Positions 16,980 to 27,500 of a DNA stretch of 64,000 nt are shown piece by piece. The DNA is from a virus (taxonomy: Duplodnaviria > Caudoviricetes), in IMG/VR virus record IMGVR_UViG_3300018413_000007, positions 14,364 to 78,363 of that record; one strand, 5' to 3'. The notes under the pieces are model-generated. The model did not search any database. It was not told the DNA's origin and saw nothing but the letters and a program-made list of their open reading frames with translations. The position numbers and the translations under genes are program-made. Position 1 is the first letter of the stretch; each line of letters begins with the position of its first letter.

Positions 16980-19232
16980 ATGGTTGGCATTGTAGACAAA
17001 AATGTATCTCTCTTCGTAGAAAGTCAATACCCCGCTATCTATAAGGAAAGCGGACAGGAATTGATTGCACTCACGAAAGAATACTACAAGTGGTTGGAAG
17101 AGACCACGAACCAATCTACCTATAATGCTCGTAGGATGTTTGAGTATCGTGATATCGCGACCACTCAAAATGAGATGTTACTTTACTTTAAAAACAAATA
17201 TATGGCAGATCTTCCCCTTGATGAAGCAGGGGTAAAGGTACTAGTTCGAAATATCCTTGATCTATATCAACGTAAAGGTTCGGCTTCTGGCATTAAGCTT
17301 TTCTTCCAAATGTTTTACAATAAGGATGTTGAGGTCGTTTATCCTGCAGCGAATATGCTCAAGGTATCCGACTCTAAATGGAAGACCGGTAATTATCTGC
17401 AGATGTACCCAAATAATAATCAATTCTTTTCACCCACCGGTGAACAGTACGATTATAGTACACTTCTTTCTCGTAATATTACAGGATCGTTTTCTGGAGC
17501 AAAGGCTGCGGTCGATAAAATTAATACGATTCTATTAAATGGTATCTTGACCCCGATCATTTATATTGATCAGGTAAGAGGTTCATTTCAAAAATATGAT
17601 CAATTATTGACAATCGTGAATGGTGTAGAGGTAGGATTTGGATTCGTAAACGGATCTATGAACTTTTTAGATGTTGATGATCAGCTCGGAATCAGAACCG
17701 TAGGTAATGAGGTTGGTGATATTGTAAATGTCACATCGCCGATAGGGACCGGAGGTACTGCAGTCGTCACAAAGATATCAGAAGATATTGACGGTCAGGT
17801 AAAATACGATCTACAAGATGGTGGTTGGGGTTACAGTCTCGAAGAAACAAGATTACTTTCTTCGAATCAGCTCATCCTTTTAGATAATTCGGCTGAAGAT
17901 TTCGAAATATACGAGAGACTCAGTGACACGAATGGTACATCTGGTGTGGTAACAGGACAAACAACGAGTTATGTTGCTGTCAGAATAGACACTGGTACAT
18001 CATTCAGTCTGTCATATACCGTAAGTACAGTTGATCGTAATCCAAATATTACTGTACCAGCAGTCAGTTACACAGTTCTCAATAGTTCTGCTCCTGGTAA
18101 TTTAGAACCAGATACCGGATTATCGACAGACGTTCGAGTAGAATCCATATCTAATTCAGAGACAGTCAGTCTTATCACTGACCTAATTTCTCCATATGTG
18201 TCTGTCGCATTAAATGCTGCAGATTATGGAGCAAGTACTCCAATGTCTGGTTCAGCCTCTCCTGTCAATATTAATACCGTACTAGAAGACGCATTTGATT
18301 TGCAAGATATTACCATTGGAACTATCGATGCGTTATTAAACGTCAACCCTGGTACTGCCTACACAAATGATGTGAAATCTGTATTGCAAGATTCTTTATT
18401 TTCCAGATTCGACCGAAGAGACCAAAATATTATCTTCACCAATTCCGAAGAGGTATTTGATTTTTCAATCGGTAATATCATCACAGAGACAGGAACTGGT
18501 AGACAAGGTATCGTGAGGGAGATTAATTCTAACGGCTATCTTCGAATCACACCTTACACCTATTACGGGTTTGACAGCCAAACAAATGATATTCTTAGAG
18601 ATGGTATTGTCTTATATTCAACGATAAAGTCAGAACAAAATTATGATTCGCCTAAATTGGGTGAAAACGCTGTCATTGCATCTCCTGTAGCATTCGAAAT
18701 AGGAACGATTGAAGAGGTAGCTGTTCAAGGCTCTGGGTTTGGATATCCCGATGGGACATATGTACAGCTGACAAGACCCTCAGATGGATCGGTTAGAGCA
18801 GAGGCAGTGGTAACGTCACAATCACAGGGCACGAATTCTGGTTATTGGTCTAATTTTAATTCTCATATTAATGGATACACGAAAACACTGGCCGAGGACG
18901 GTGAAGATTTTTATTACGATTCGCAGAAGAAGGTTCAGGATAGTGATTATCTTCAGGAGTATTCTTATGAGCTTAAGAGTGCCGTCAATCCAGCAGATTA
19001 CATGCCGGGTCTTCTTGAGAATGTGCATCTTGCCGGTACTAAGGTATTCAATCAATTCTTATTTAAAAACAAAGTAGGTATATCATTAACCTCTAACTTC
19101 ATTCGATATTTCAATGATGATGGCCAGGGTTCAATTTTCGATACCCAGGATATTAATGCTATTACCTCAGATATTTTAAACTTTACTGTAGATTCTACAA
19201 TATTGACATCAGATAATGTTAACACAATTTAA
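16980..19232 (+). CDS. gp7: Baseplate wedge initiator (gp7-like)
   Basis: VESQYP..YKE.G..LI...KEYYKWLE, KGS.SGIKLFF.MFY, C-terminal VQDSDYLQEYSYE...VHLAGTKVF; located after gp6. Confidence 0.8.
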   Translation: MVGIVDKNVSLFVESQYPAIYKESGQELIALTKEYYKWLEETTNQSTYNARRMFEYRDIATTQNEMLLYFKNKYMADLPLDEAGVKVLVRNILDLYQRKGSASGIKLFFQMFYNKDVEVVYPAANMLKVSDSKWKTGNYLQMYPNNNQFFSPTGEQYDYSTLLSRNITGSFSGAKAAVDKINTILLNGILTPIIYIDQVRGSFQKYDQLLTIVNGVEVGFGFVNGSMNFLDVDDQLGIRTVGNEVGDIVNVTSPIGTGGTAVVTKISEDIDGQVKYDLQDGGWGYSLEETRLLSSNQLILLDNSAEDFEIYERLSDTNGTSGVVTGQTTSYVAVRIDTGTSFSLSYTVSTVDRNPNITVPAVSYTVLNSSAPGNLEPDTGLSTDVRVESISNSETVSLITDLISPYVSVALNAADYGASTPMSGSASPVNINTVLEDAFDLQDITIGTIDALLNVNPGTAYTNDVKSVLQDSLFSRFDRRDQNIIFTNSEEVFDFSIGNIITETGTGRQGIVREINSNGYLRITPYTYYGFDSQTNDILRDGIVLYSTIKSEQNYDSPKLGENAVIASPVAFEIGTIEEVAVQGSGFGYPDGTYVQLTRPSDGSVRAEAVVTSQSQGTNSGYWSNFNSHINGYTKTLAEDGEDFYYDSQKKVQDSDYLQEYSYELKSAVNPADYMPGLLENVHLAGTKVFNQFLFKNKVGISLTSNFIRYFNDDGQGSIFDTQDINAITSDILNFTVDSTILTSDNVNTI

Positions 19233-19240
19233 AATAAATA
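19233..19240 (+). promoter_or_regulatory. Late promoter variant AATAAATA
   Basis: Intergenic; one mismatch to TATAAATA, upstream of the 19267 ATG. Confidence 0.45.
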
Positions 19241-19266
19241 ACAGATAAAAACTTTTTGGAGATAAC

Positions 19267-20805
19267 ATGGCCAAGCAAACAGTCGATATAGGGGCAGTCG
19301 CCAATGACGGCACTGGTGATCCTATACGAACAGCGATGCAGAAAATTAATGGTAACTTCACAGAGGTGTATAACTCTTTAGGTGGGGATATCGTTACCAA
19401 CCTTGTCAACTCAGATGAAGAAATAGAGCTTCTTGGTACAGCAAATAAAATTTCTTTCCTCTACGCATTAGAATCCGAGGTTCTTGCATTAGATCCAGCC
19501 GCGCATCACGGAGTCATTGCTCACGCTCATGACACAGGGGCCATGTACTATGCTCATGGGCAGTGGAATAAACTTCTCAGTGATAATTCAGCTGGTAATA
19601 TAGGTTCATATGTTGATCCTCTTGCACCATTTGTCTACGACGGTACTATTACAAACACAGAAGCGGCCAATTACGTATTACAGACAAATGGAGATGGTAC
19701 CTATACTTGGGTAACCAATGCTGGTGGCGGTGGTGCTAGTAATTTACCTGATCTCGGCGATGTCACAATCAGCAGTCCGACCAATGGCCAGGTATTAAAA
19801 TATAATGGATCAGCTTGGATTAATGATACAGATGCCACTGGCGGTGGTGGTGCAAATATCACCGTATCAGATGAAGGATCTTCATTAACGACTAGTCTGG
19901 CATCAATCAATTTTGTAGGTGCTGGTGTTGTTGCTTCGACTTCTGGCGATGATGTCACCGTGACAATTGCAGGCGGCGGTGGTGGTGGTACCTTTGCCAC
20001 ACTAACCGAGGTAGATACAGCCGATTTAGATGTTGATGATATTGCGTTACAGGCTGTCAGTAACTTGGTAGTCACTGGACCTGATTCGACACGTTATCTG
20101 ATTGATCAATACCCAGGTGATAATCCCACAGTCTATGTAGATCGTGGCCAGACGATTGCCTTCAATCTCGATGGTGTTACTGCATCTCACCCATTTAGAA
20201 TTTTAGATATCGGTGGCGGATCTAATTATAATACAGGATTGGTACACGTTGCTCAAGATGGTACAACAACTACAGGAAGTAATGCTCAAGATAAAACAAG
20301 CGGTACACTCTATTGGAAAATCCCAGGTAACGCCCCTGCTGGTACATATGAATATGTTTGTACTGTCCATGCATCGATGAATGGTGATATTGTTGTTCGA
20401 GATCCATCCGCCGGTGGTGGTGGAGGTAGTGCAACACGAAACACAGAGGCAGAAACAACGGCATCTATTGCTGACGGAGCTTCTGATAATGTCGAATATG
20501 CATCAATCGGTAAGTCCTATGCACTTTATTCGATTCAATCAGATGGTGCAGCTTGGGTTAGAATTTACTCAGATACGTCTGCAAGAACGGCTGACGCTGG
20601 AAGAACACAAGGTGTAGATCCTGCAGAAGGTTCTGGTGTAATTGCAGAAGCAGTATTCACCGGAGCCGGAACCGTAAAGATTACTCCTGCAGTATTCGGT
20701 TGGTTAGATAATTCAGAAACCGTGGTCCCAGTTGCAATACAAAATAATACTGGTTCTACTGGTACGGTCACGGTAACATTAACTGCTCTCACATTAGAGA
20801 CCTAA
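19267..20805 (+). CDS. gp9/gp10-like baseplate or fibre protein with a cupredoxin-like domain
   Basis: N-terminal KQTVDIGAVANDGTGDPIR.A..KIN.NF.EVY is the gp9/gp10 family motif; Gly-rich linkers; SHPF...YVCTVHASM. Confidence 0.75.
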   Translation: MAKQTVDIGAVANDGTGDPIRTAMQKINGNFTEVYNSLGGDIVTNLVNSDEEIELLGTANKISFLYALESEVLALDPAAHHGVIAHAHDTGAMYYAHGQWNKLLSDNSAGNIGSYVDPLAPFVYDGTITNTEAANYVLQTNGDGTYTWVTNAGGGGASNLPDLGDVTISSPTNGQVLKYNGSAWINDTDATGGGGANITVSDEGSSLTTSLASINFVGAGVVASTSGDDVTVTIAGGGGGGTFATLTEVDTADLDVDDIALQAVSNLVVTGPDSTRYLIDQYPGDNPTVYVDRGQTIAFNLDGVTASHPFRILDIGGGSNYNTGLVHVAQDGTTTTGSNAQDKTSGTLYWKIPGNAPAGTYEYVCTVHASMNGDIVVRDPSAGGGGGSATRNTEAETTASIADGASDNVEYASIGKSYALYSIQSDGAAWVRIYSDTSARTADAGRTQGVDPAEGSGVIAEAVFTGAGTVKITPAVFGWLDNSETVVPVAIQNNTGSTGTVTVTLTALTLET

Positions 20806-20806
20806 T

Positions 20807-22864
20807 ATGTCAGACAAGAAAAGATATGAGGTTGTACTAGCTGAAGGCGTCGATAAAGATGACTTTGTAGCAGAGTTCAGTGGTGTGGTGGACATTCCCA
20901 GCACACTGCAATATGTTCCTCGATGTCTTATTATTGATATGACAGATAGCCAAAAAGATGTTTTGGAAGCTGATTCTCGTGTCCAAGAAGTAGATTGGAT
21001 TTTTAGAGAAGAAAGAAATGTAAAGCATCATGGTTATAATGAAATCACTCAGACAAAAAAGCCAACGGTAGACCAACAATCTGCTTGGAATTCTGTAGAT
21101 GGCTCGGAATATACCAGTAGCTTTATCTGTTATTCTGCAGGAATAGATACCTCATCTCTCACTGCATCCGGTCAAACTGTTGGAATGTTTTATGATTCTG
21201 GCCTGGCTGATGGAGATCAGGAAGATCCAATTGCAATCTCAAACGCTACTATTAAACAAAGCTTTGATGGGTCTACTGTTGATATAGTCATATTGGAACC
21301 GGCCGGTAATGAGAACAATACGTTAATGTCGAATAACGCCAGCCATCCCAATTTTTTGAAACCAAGTGATAATAGTTTCAAAATTGTTCCAATGGATTGG
21401 AGTTCTTATGATGGTTCTGTAACTGCGTCTGAAAATAATCAGGTATCCAATACAAACTATGTACATGAACATGCTGTTGCGTCTGCTATGGCAGCAGCCG
21501 GAACGTGCACCGGCTGGGCAAAGAATTCTGATGTAAGATTGATATATACTACTAATGGCGCGACTGCGGCTGTCAACGCAATAGTGGCTTGGCACATTAC
21601 CAAACCAATCAATTCAGCCACCGGCCGAAGAAACGCGACAATCATAAACAATTCTTGGGGCTACTTCGCCAGCGGCCAGTTTAATTATTATATTCCGGTT
21701 GATCTAATCTCACAATTTATTTGGTATGATAGCGATGGAAATCAAACAACTGTGAACAGACCTGGTGGTGGTTGGGCCAATGATTTCACAGCTTTTCATG
21801 CTGGTGGATTTTCATTATGGCAGATAGAAAGGTCTGATGCACCCGGCAATTATTTTTGGTGTGTAAAATCAGGTCAGTCGTCCCGAGCATCTTTTACGTT
21901 AGATTTGGCTTGGAATAATTTAAATACATATGAAGGCATATATTCTTTCTGGTCTTCAGGAAATGAACCAAACGTATATAGAGCAGACGACTCCCAGCCG
22001 CAATGGAATAATCAGTTATTCACTGACGCTGGGAATATATATGCTATTTCTAATTCACAAGGCGGTTTTTATAATGAAGACTGGACGATAGAAAATAGAG
22101 CAACAACTAGCTCATTTTATCCTCATAGAGATCCATATAATCATGAAACCGCAATTGTCGTTGGAGGATGCAACAATTCTGGTTTATATAATACATTTTC
22201 CGAGAGCGCTGCTCATGGCCATCTTGTAACTACAACTGCCGAGGTGAAGCGCGCATATAATTCAGTATCTAATTATGGCGATCCGCAGAGCGATGTAAAT
22301 GGATATGTATGGAGTTTATATGGTGGTACCAGTAATGCATGCCCCCAAGTTGTTGGAGGCGCTGCTTTATTAGTCGAATATTTTTATAATAAGAAAGGTG
22401 CATGGCCAACGATAGCAGAGCTTAGGTCTTTAATAGAAGAGGCACAAGATTCTGTGGATTATAATACAATGGTTGAACCTATCTTTGAACCCACAAACCA
22501 ACCTTTTGATTGGTCTTCAGCTGGTAGTGCCACTTCGATCATGCAGGAAGTTGCTAATATGGTAGAGGGTAATAATGGCCTTAATATTAATAATGTAGGA
22601 GATTCAACAGGAGGCAGCGCTGCTTATAAACCTGATCGTGTAAGGTATCAACCTACCAGTCAGTCTGGAGGACCCGGAGAGGATTTTGTATTTTGCAATA
22701 CAACTCAGGCATACTATGCCACTGCAAACAAAAAACGCTTTGCTTTGCCTTGGCGATATAGGGTGGTGCCAGAATTTGTCAGTGAGCCAGTTCGAACAAA
22801 CGTATATCAAAGCCGGCCTGTAAGTGGTCAAACATATCCTCGTAGAAAGATTAGACTCGGGTAA
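20807..22864 (+). CDS. Subtilisin-like (S8) serine protease, virion cluster
   Basis: His region EHAVASAMAAAG, IINNSWG, oxyanion WSSGN, GGTSNACPQVVGGAALL, and an I9-like N-terminal segment. Confidence 0.82.
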   Translation: MSDKKRYEVVLAEGVDKDDFVAEFSGVVDIPSTLQYVPRCLIIDMTDSQKDVLEADSRVQEVDWIFREERNVKHHGYNEITQTKKPTVDQQSAWNSVDGSEYTSSFICYSAGIDTSSLTASGQTVGMFYDSGLADGDQEDPIAISNATIKQSFDGSTVDIVILEPAGNENNTLMSNNASHPNFLKPSDNSFKIVPMDWSSYDGSVTASENNQVSNTNYVHEHAVASAMAAAGTCTGWAKNSDVRLIYTTNGATAAVNAIVAWHITKPINSATGRRNATIINNSWGYFASGQFNYYIPVDLISQFIWYDSDGNQTTVNRPGGGWANDFTAFHAGGFSLWQIERSDAPGNYFWCVKSGQSSRASFTLDLAWNNLNTYEGIYSFWSSGNEPNVYRADDSQPQWNNQLFTDAGNIYAISNSQGGFYNEDWTIENRATTSSFYPHRDPYNHETAIVVGGCNNSGLYNTFSESAAHGHLVTTTAEVKRAYNSVSNYGDPQSDVNGYVWSLYGGTSNACPQVVGGAALLVEYFYNKKGAWPTIAELRSLIEEAQDSVDYNTMVEPIFEPTNQPFDWSSAGSATSIMQEVANMVEGNNGLNINNVGDSTGGSAAYKPDRVRYQPTSQSGGPGEDFVFCNTTQAYYATANKKRFALPWRYRVVPEFVSEPVRTNVYQSRPVSGQTYPRRKIRLG

Positions 22865-22870
22865 TAAATA
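22863..22870 (+). promoter_or_regulatory. Late promoter variant AATAAATA upstream of gp8
   Basis: One mismatch to consensus, 27 nt upstream of the ATG. Confidence 0.45.
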
Positions 22871-22897
22871 AACATAGAAAAGTAATGTGGAATTCAG

Positions 22898-24532
22898 ATG
22901 GCCGAAATATTAACAACAAATTATAAGACCGATGTCCTTCGACGTTTTTACGAAGACATCGAGTCTTCGAATACGTATGTATTTGTTTCAGGGATTGAAT
23001 TAGGAAGTATCCAGGCCACGAATTCACAGGTAGCCAAAAATTCTTTCCTATCAAAAACATTATTCGGCAAAAAGATCCGTCAGGAAGACGTGCGATATAT
23101 GATCAAATATATCCCATGGGCCAACGGAGATACATACGTCCAATACGACGATACAGTAGATTTAGAAGATGAACGATTCTATGCCGTGGTAGGGCCCACC
23201 AATAACGATACGGGTGACTATCGTGTTTATAAGTGTCTATTTAATAATTATGGCGGTGAGGTATCATCCCCACCTAATTACGATCCCGCGGTAGGAGATC
23301 AAATTTATCGTACTGCAGATGGATACGTCTGGAAATACCTATACGCAATCAGTTTAATTGAATTTGAGGCTTATAACGCATTGGGTTATATTCCAATCGT
23401 TGGCACATTCGAATCAGATCCAGTTGCGAATACCTCCTTCTTATCATCATTCAGTGATATTTTTATCGAGAATAAAGATATCAATCAAGGCTATGAAGAG
23501 ATTTTGGCTAATATCGTAGGTGCTGTATCCCCTAACGAGATTCAGGTAACTGGTGCCACTCTTAGAGAAAATGTCAAATATCATGCGAATGATTATTTCA
23601 TCGGCCAAAGATTAAGGGCAACTACAGTATCCGCAAACACATTTTATTATGAAGTGACGGATTATGAATACGACGAAGGTACACAGAGAGGGATATTTAC
23701 GGTAACACCAGATCCTCAGCCAGATAATCTAGGCTCTGCGGCCATTGGAATTACTCCCTTTATTACCATTACCGGTGATGGAACTGGTGCATCAGCTGTA
23801 GCAGAAATTGATTCAGGTCGAATAAATAATATTCAGGTGATCACAGCAGGTAGTGGTTATCGAAATGCATCTGCAGTGGTAAAAGATCCTCTGTTTGATT
23901 TCGATCCAGAAGATACGGCAACCACAGATGTGAGGGCAGAGATCAGACCAGTATTATCACCACCCGGTGGCCACGGATATAATCTTTTAGATGAATTGAA
24001 GTGCAAGCATTTCTTGCTTTATGGGTTCATTACGGGTGATGATAACGAGCAGATCGGTGATACAAATACATATAATGGTATTGGTATCGTAAAAGAGCCA
24101 GAATTCTTCCCCGATCCAAATGCAAATAATGCTGTCATCGCACAGGAGATATTCGATAATAGAATTGCAGTGACGACAGACGATATTGGTTTTATTACTG
24201 CTAATACAATTATTACCCAGATAGATTCGAATAATGAAACCATATTCAGTGGAACAGTACATGAATTAGATTTTACTTCAAACACGGTTTACATAGCACA
24301 ATATGTCGGGGTCTATCCAAACCAACCTGGTAGTGATATTTCTTTAGATCCAGCATTGCCATTTAGAACAGATACCGGTGTTATCATTACTCCGAATTCA
24401 CCGGCAGCAAATAACATAGTGACACCACTTTATAAACAACAAACGGGAGAGGTATACTATATCGAAGACTTCTTCCCATTAGAAAGAAATCCTCTTTCAC
24501 GAGAAGAGTTTAAGATAGTATTCGAATTTTAA
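22898..24532 (+). CDS. gp8: Baseplate wedge gp8
   Basis: W..GDTYVQYDD, YRVYKCLFNN.G..VS.PP, TADGYVWKYLY.I, ISPPGGHG, C-terminal GEVYYIE..PL.R....REEFKIVFEF. Confidence 0.9.
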   Translation: MAEILTTNYKTDVLRRFYEDIESSNTYVFVSGIELGSIQATNSQVAKNSFLSKTLFGKKIRQEDVRYMIKYIPWANGDTYVQYDDTVDLEDERFYAVVGPTNNDTGDYRVYKCLFNNYGGEVSSPPNYDPAVGDQIYRTADGYVWKYLYAISLIEFEAYNALGYIPIVGTFESDPVANTSFLSSFSDIFIENKDINQGYEEILANIVGAVSPNEIQVTGATLRENVKYHANDYFIGQRLRATTVSANTFYYEVTDYEYDEGTQRGIFTVTPDPQPDNLGSAAIGITPFITITGDGTGASAVAEIDSGRINNIQVITAGSGYRNASAVVKDPLFDFDPEDTATTDVRAEIRPVLSPPGGHGYNLLDELKCKHFLLYGFITGDDNEQIGDTNTYNGIGIVKEPEFFPDPNANNAVIAQEIFDNRIAVTTDDIGFITANTIITQIDSNNETIFSGTVHELDFTSNTVYIAQYVGVYPNQPGSDISLDPALPFRTDTGVIITPNSPAANNIVTPLYKQQTGEVYYIEDFFPLERNPLSREEFKIVFEF

Positions 24533-24544
24533 GGGACCAGATTA

Positions 24545-27500
24545 ATGCCAATTAATACAAACCTAAATACTGCTCCGTATTTCGACGATTACGATTTAGA
24601 GAATCAGTATTATCGTGTTCTATACAAGCCCGGGTTCGCAGTACAGGCTCGAGAGCTCACACAGATGCAGACAATGCTCCAAAATCAAGTGGAGCAATTT
24701 GGCGATAATATTTTCAAAGAAGGCAGTATTGTCAAAGGCTGTAACTTCACAAGAATCAATGGTCTTCAGTTCGTAAAGGTCGACGACCTCTCAAACAATG
24801 TTAATGTCGAAGCATATATTTCAGGCCGAGGAACTGAAACGATCAATGGAATCGAAACAGAGATCGATTACGTATATGTTCTTACTGGTGGTGATACGGG
24901 TCTTCAGGCGGAGATCATTTCTGCAGCCCAGGGCTTTGAATCTAGGCCACCCGATTTAAATACCTTTTTCATTCGATATTTAAACCAGACAACAAATAAT
25001 ACGACTGGTCAATTCAATGACGGTGAATCATTAACAATCACCAGATACAAGTATAAGGTCGGCGAGTTGGTTCCACCCGAAGTGAACCCAATCGCTACAG
25101 ATCTATTATCGATCACAGGACTTCAGGCATCTGATGGTGTTTTGACTCCTGCGACTGGTCCTGCATATGGTCTGCAGGCTGCTCCTGGCATTATCTTCCA
25201 AAAGGGACATTTTCTCTTTGCCGATGCACAGACATTGGTCGTAACAAAGTACACTGATATCCCCGACGCTAAGAATGTGGGTTATCGAATCCGTGAGCGT
25301 TTGGTTAATGCTCGACAGGATGGATCTTTATACGATAATGCCAACGGTTCACAAAATGAAAATGCGCCAGGTGCTGATCGTCTTAAATTAATTCCAGAAT
25401 TGGTATCCCTTGATACGCCTATAGCAGAGGCAGATGCATCGTTCTTCTCTCTCGTTCGTTACCAAAATGGAAACGCCGTAACACTTAGAGACGTTTCTCA
25501 ATATAACGTCATCGGCGAAGAAATGGCACGTCGAACCTATGAAGAATCTGGTAATTACATTCTTCGTAATTTTGATTTAAAAACAGAACGAAAAGAAAAC
25601 CTGGCGAATACTGCTATCACCGATCTAAGGGTAACAGTAGGATCTGGTACTGCATACGTCAAGGGCTTTAGGGTAGAGAATAAAGGTGAACAGTCTTTTA
25701 TCTTAGATGATATCGCATCGACTGATGTACTGAATAATCAACCAGTATCTTTGAATTATGGTAGCTGGTATCCTTGTACGTATTCCGGCCGACCAGTATT
25801 AGGAATGTCCGCGAAGGTCAATTTAAGAAATTCTTCCAATGTCGATATTGGTGAGGCATATGTTCTTAACGCACTACCAGGAAAGATTTTCTTGTCACGA
25901 ATTTATATGTCCAGTGGAACAACGACAGATGTCGATAATATTGAGATACCTGGTTTTGGGCAGGTCGATCTGACCCAAGGATTTTTTGCAAAAGAAAATT
26001 CAAAATCAGAGCTTGTGTTCGACAGTGGTGTGATGAGTAGTTTTGAAACATCAGACACCACAGTTGCGATAAGACAACAACAGTTAAATGTCACGTTAAC
26101 TGGAACACAAATTACAATCGCTGCTACTGGAAATGATAACTTTGCTGGTTCTAATTCTGTCAGCGATGTTCTGGTAATTGACAGCTCTTCAACTCCTCTC
26201 ACTGTATCGTCGGTTACCACCCAATTAAATGATTCAGAATTGGTCATCAACGTTGCCTCTGCCGGTACAGGTGTAGCAGACGTTTATTATAATATCAATA
26301 AAAATTTGACTTCTTCTGGTCCTTGGGGCAAACAAGAAAGAACTACATTCGTTAAGGCTACGGCAAACGTTCCGACCAAGACAAGATATACGTTGGGTAT
26401 GCCTGATTGTTACGAGATCGTACAGATTCTTGATTCGGCAGGGATTGATGTAACCTCATCATTTAGACTTGTACCTAATCAGAAGGATACCTTCTACGAT
26501 TGGTCTTACATCGAATATATCTCGGGTCGACCAGTACCAACTGCTGGTGTTATGTCTATTGAATTCAAGTGCTTCCAGTTAAATAATTCGACTGGAGAGT
26601 ATTTCTTCACGATTAATAGTTATCCTCAAACATTGGATTCAAATGAAATCCCCACATTTACTGCTTCGAGTGGTAAGAGATATAACCTTCGTGAGTGTTT
26701 CGATTTTAGGCCTTATGCAAATAAAGAGGCTACGATTTCCTATACGGTACCAAATGCGGCCTCAGCAGTGGTATTTGATGATCCGGTAGGTAGCAACGCA
26801 AACGAAACATTCAGCGACTATACCCCACCATTGATTCCAGCATATAACGGCACGTGTATCACAGATATCGAACACTATCTTTCACGTGTGGATTTGTTAA
26901 TCATTGATTCATATGGTGCTACCAAATTAATTAAGGGAGAGGAAGAAAGATATGCTGTACCCCCTCGTCCTGAGCCTGACCAACTGGTAATCGGTGAGGT
27001 GACAATACCCGGTGTTCCTGCTCTTACAATGCAAGAAGCAAACACGATGGGTAAAAGAGATTATGCAGTAAAGGCCAAGCAAAAAGGCATTAAGAATTAT
27101 ACGATGAAGGATCTTCATTCATTAGAGAAGAAGATCGAAAATATGTCGTATTATATCTCACTGAACCAATTAGAGTCTGATACTGCCAATCTGAATATCA
27201 AAGATGAGAATGGTAATACTCGCTTTAAGAACGGATTTATTGTAGATCCAATGAACGATCTGGGTATTGCTGATGTCAAACATCCAGAATTCAGATCTGC
27301 GATTCGACACAAGGCTAAAATATTGACACCGGCCACAACAGAATTCTCTATGGATCTGATTTATGCCAGTGGAACGAACGATCAGAGATTCCCAAGTAAT
27401 GCCCTAACCAAGGCAGTGGGTCTGAGCAAGAATTCAGATATTCCTATCATCGAGCAACCATTTGCCACCAACACACGAAACTGTGTAAGTAATTTCTATA

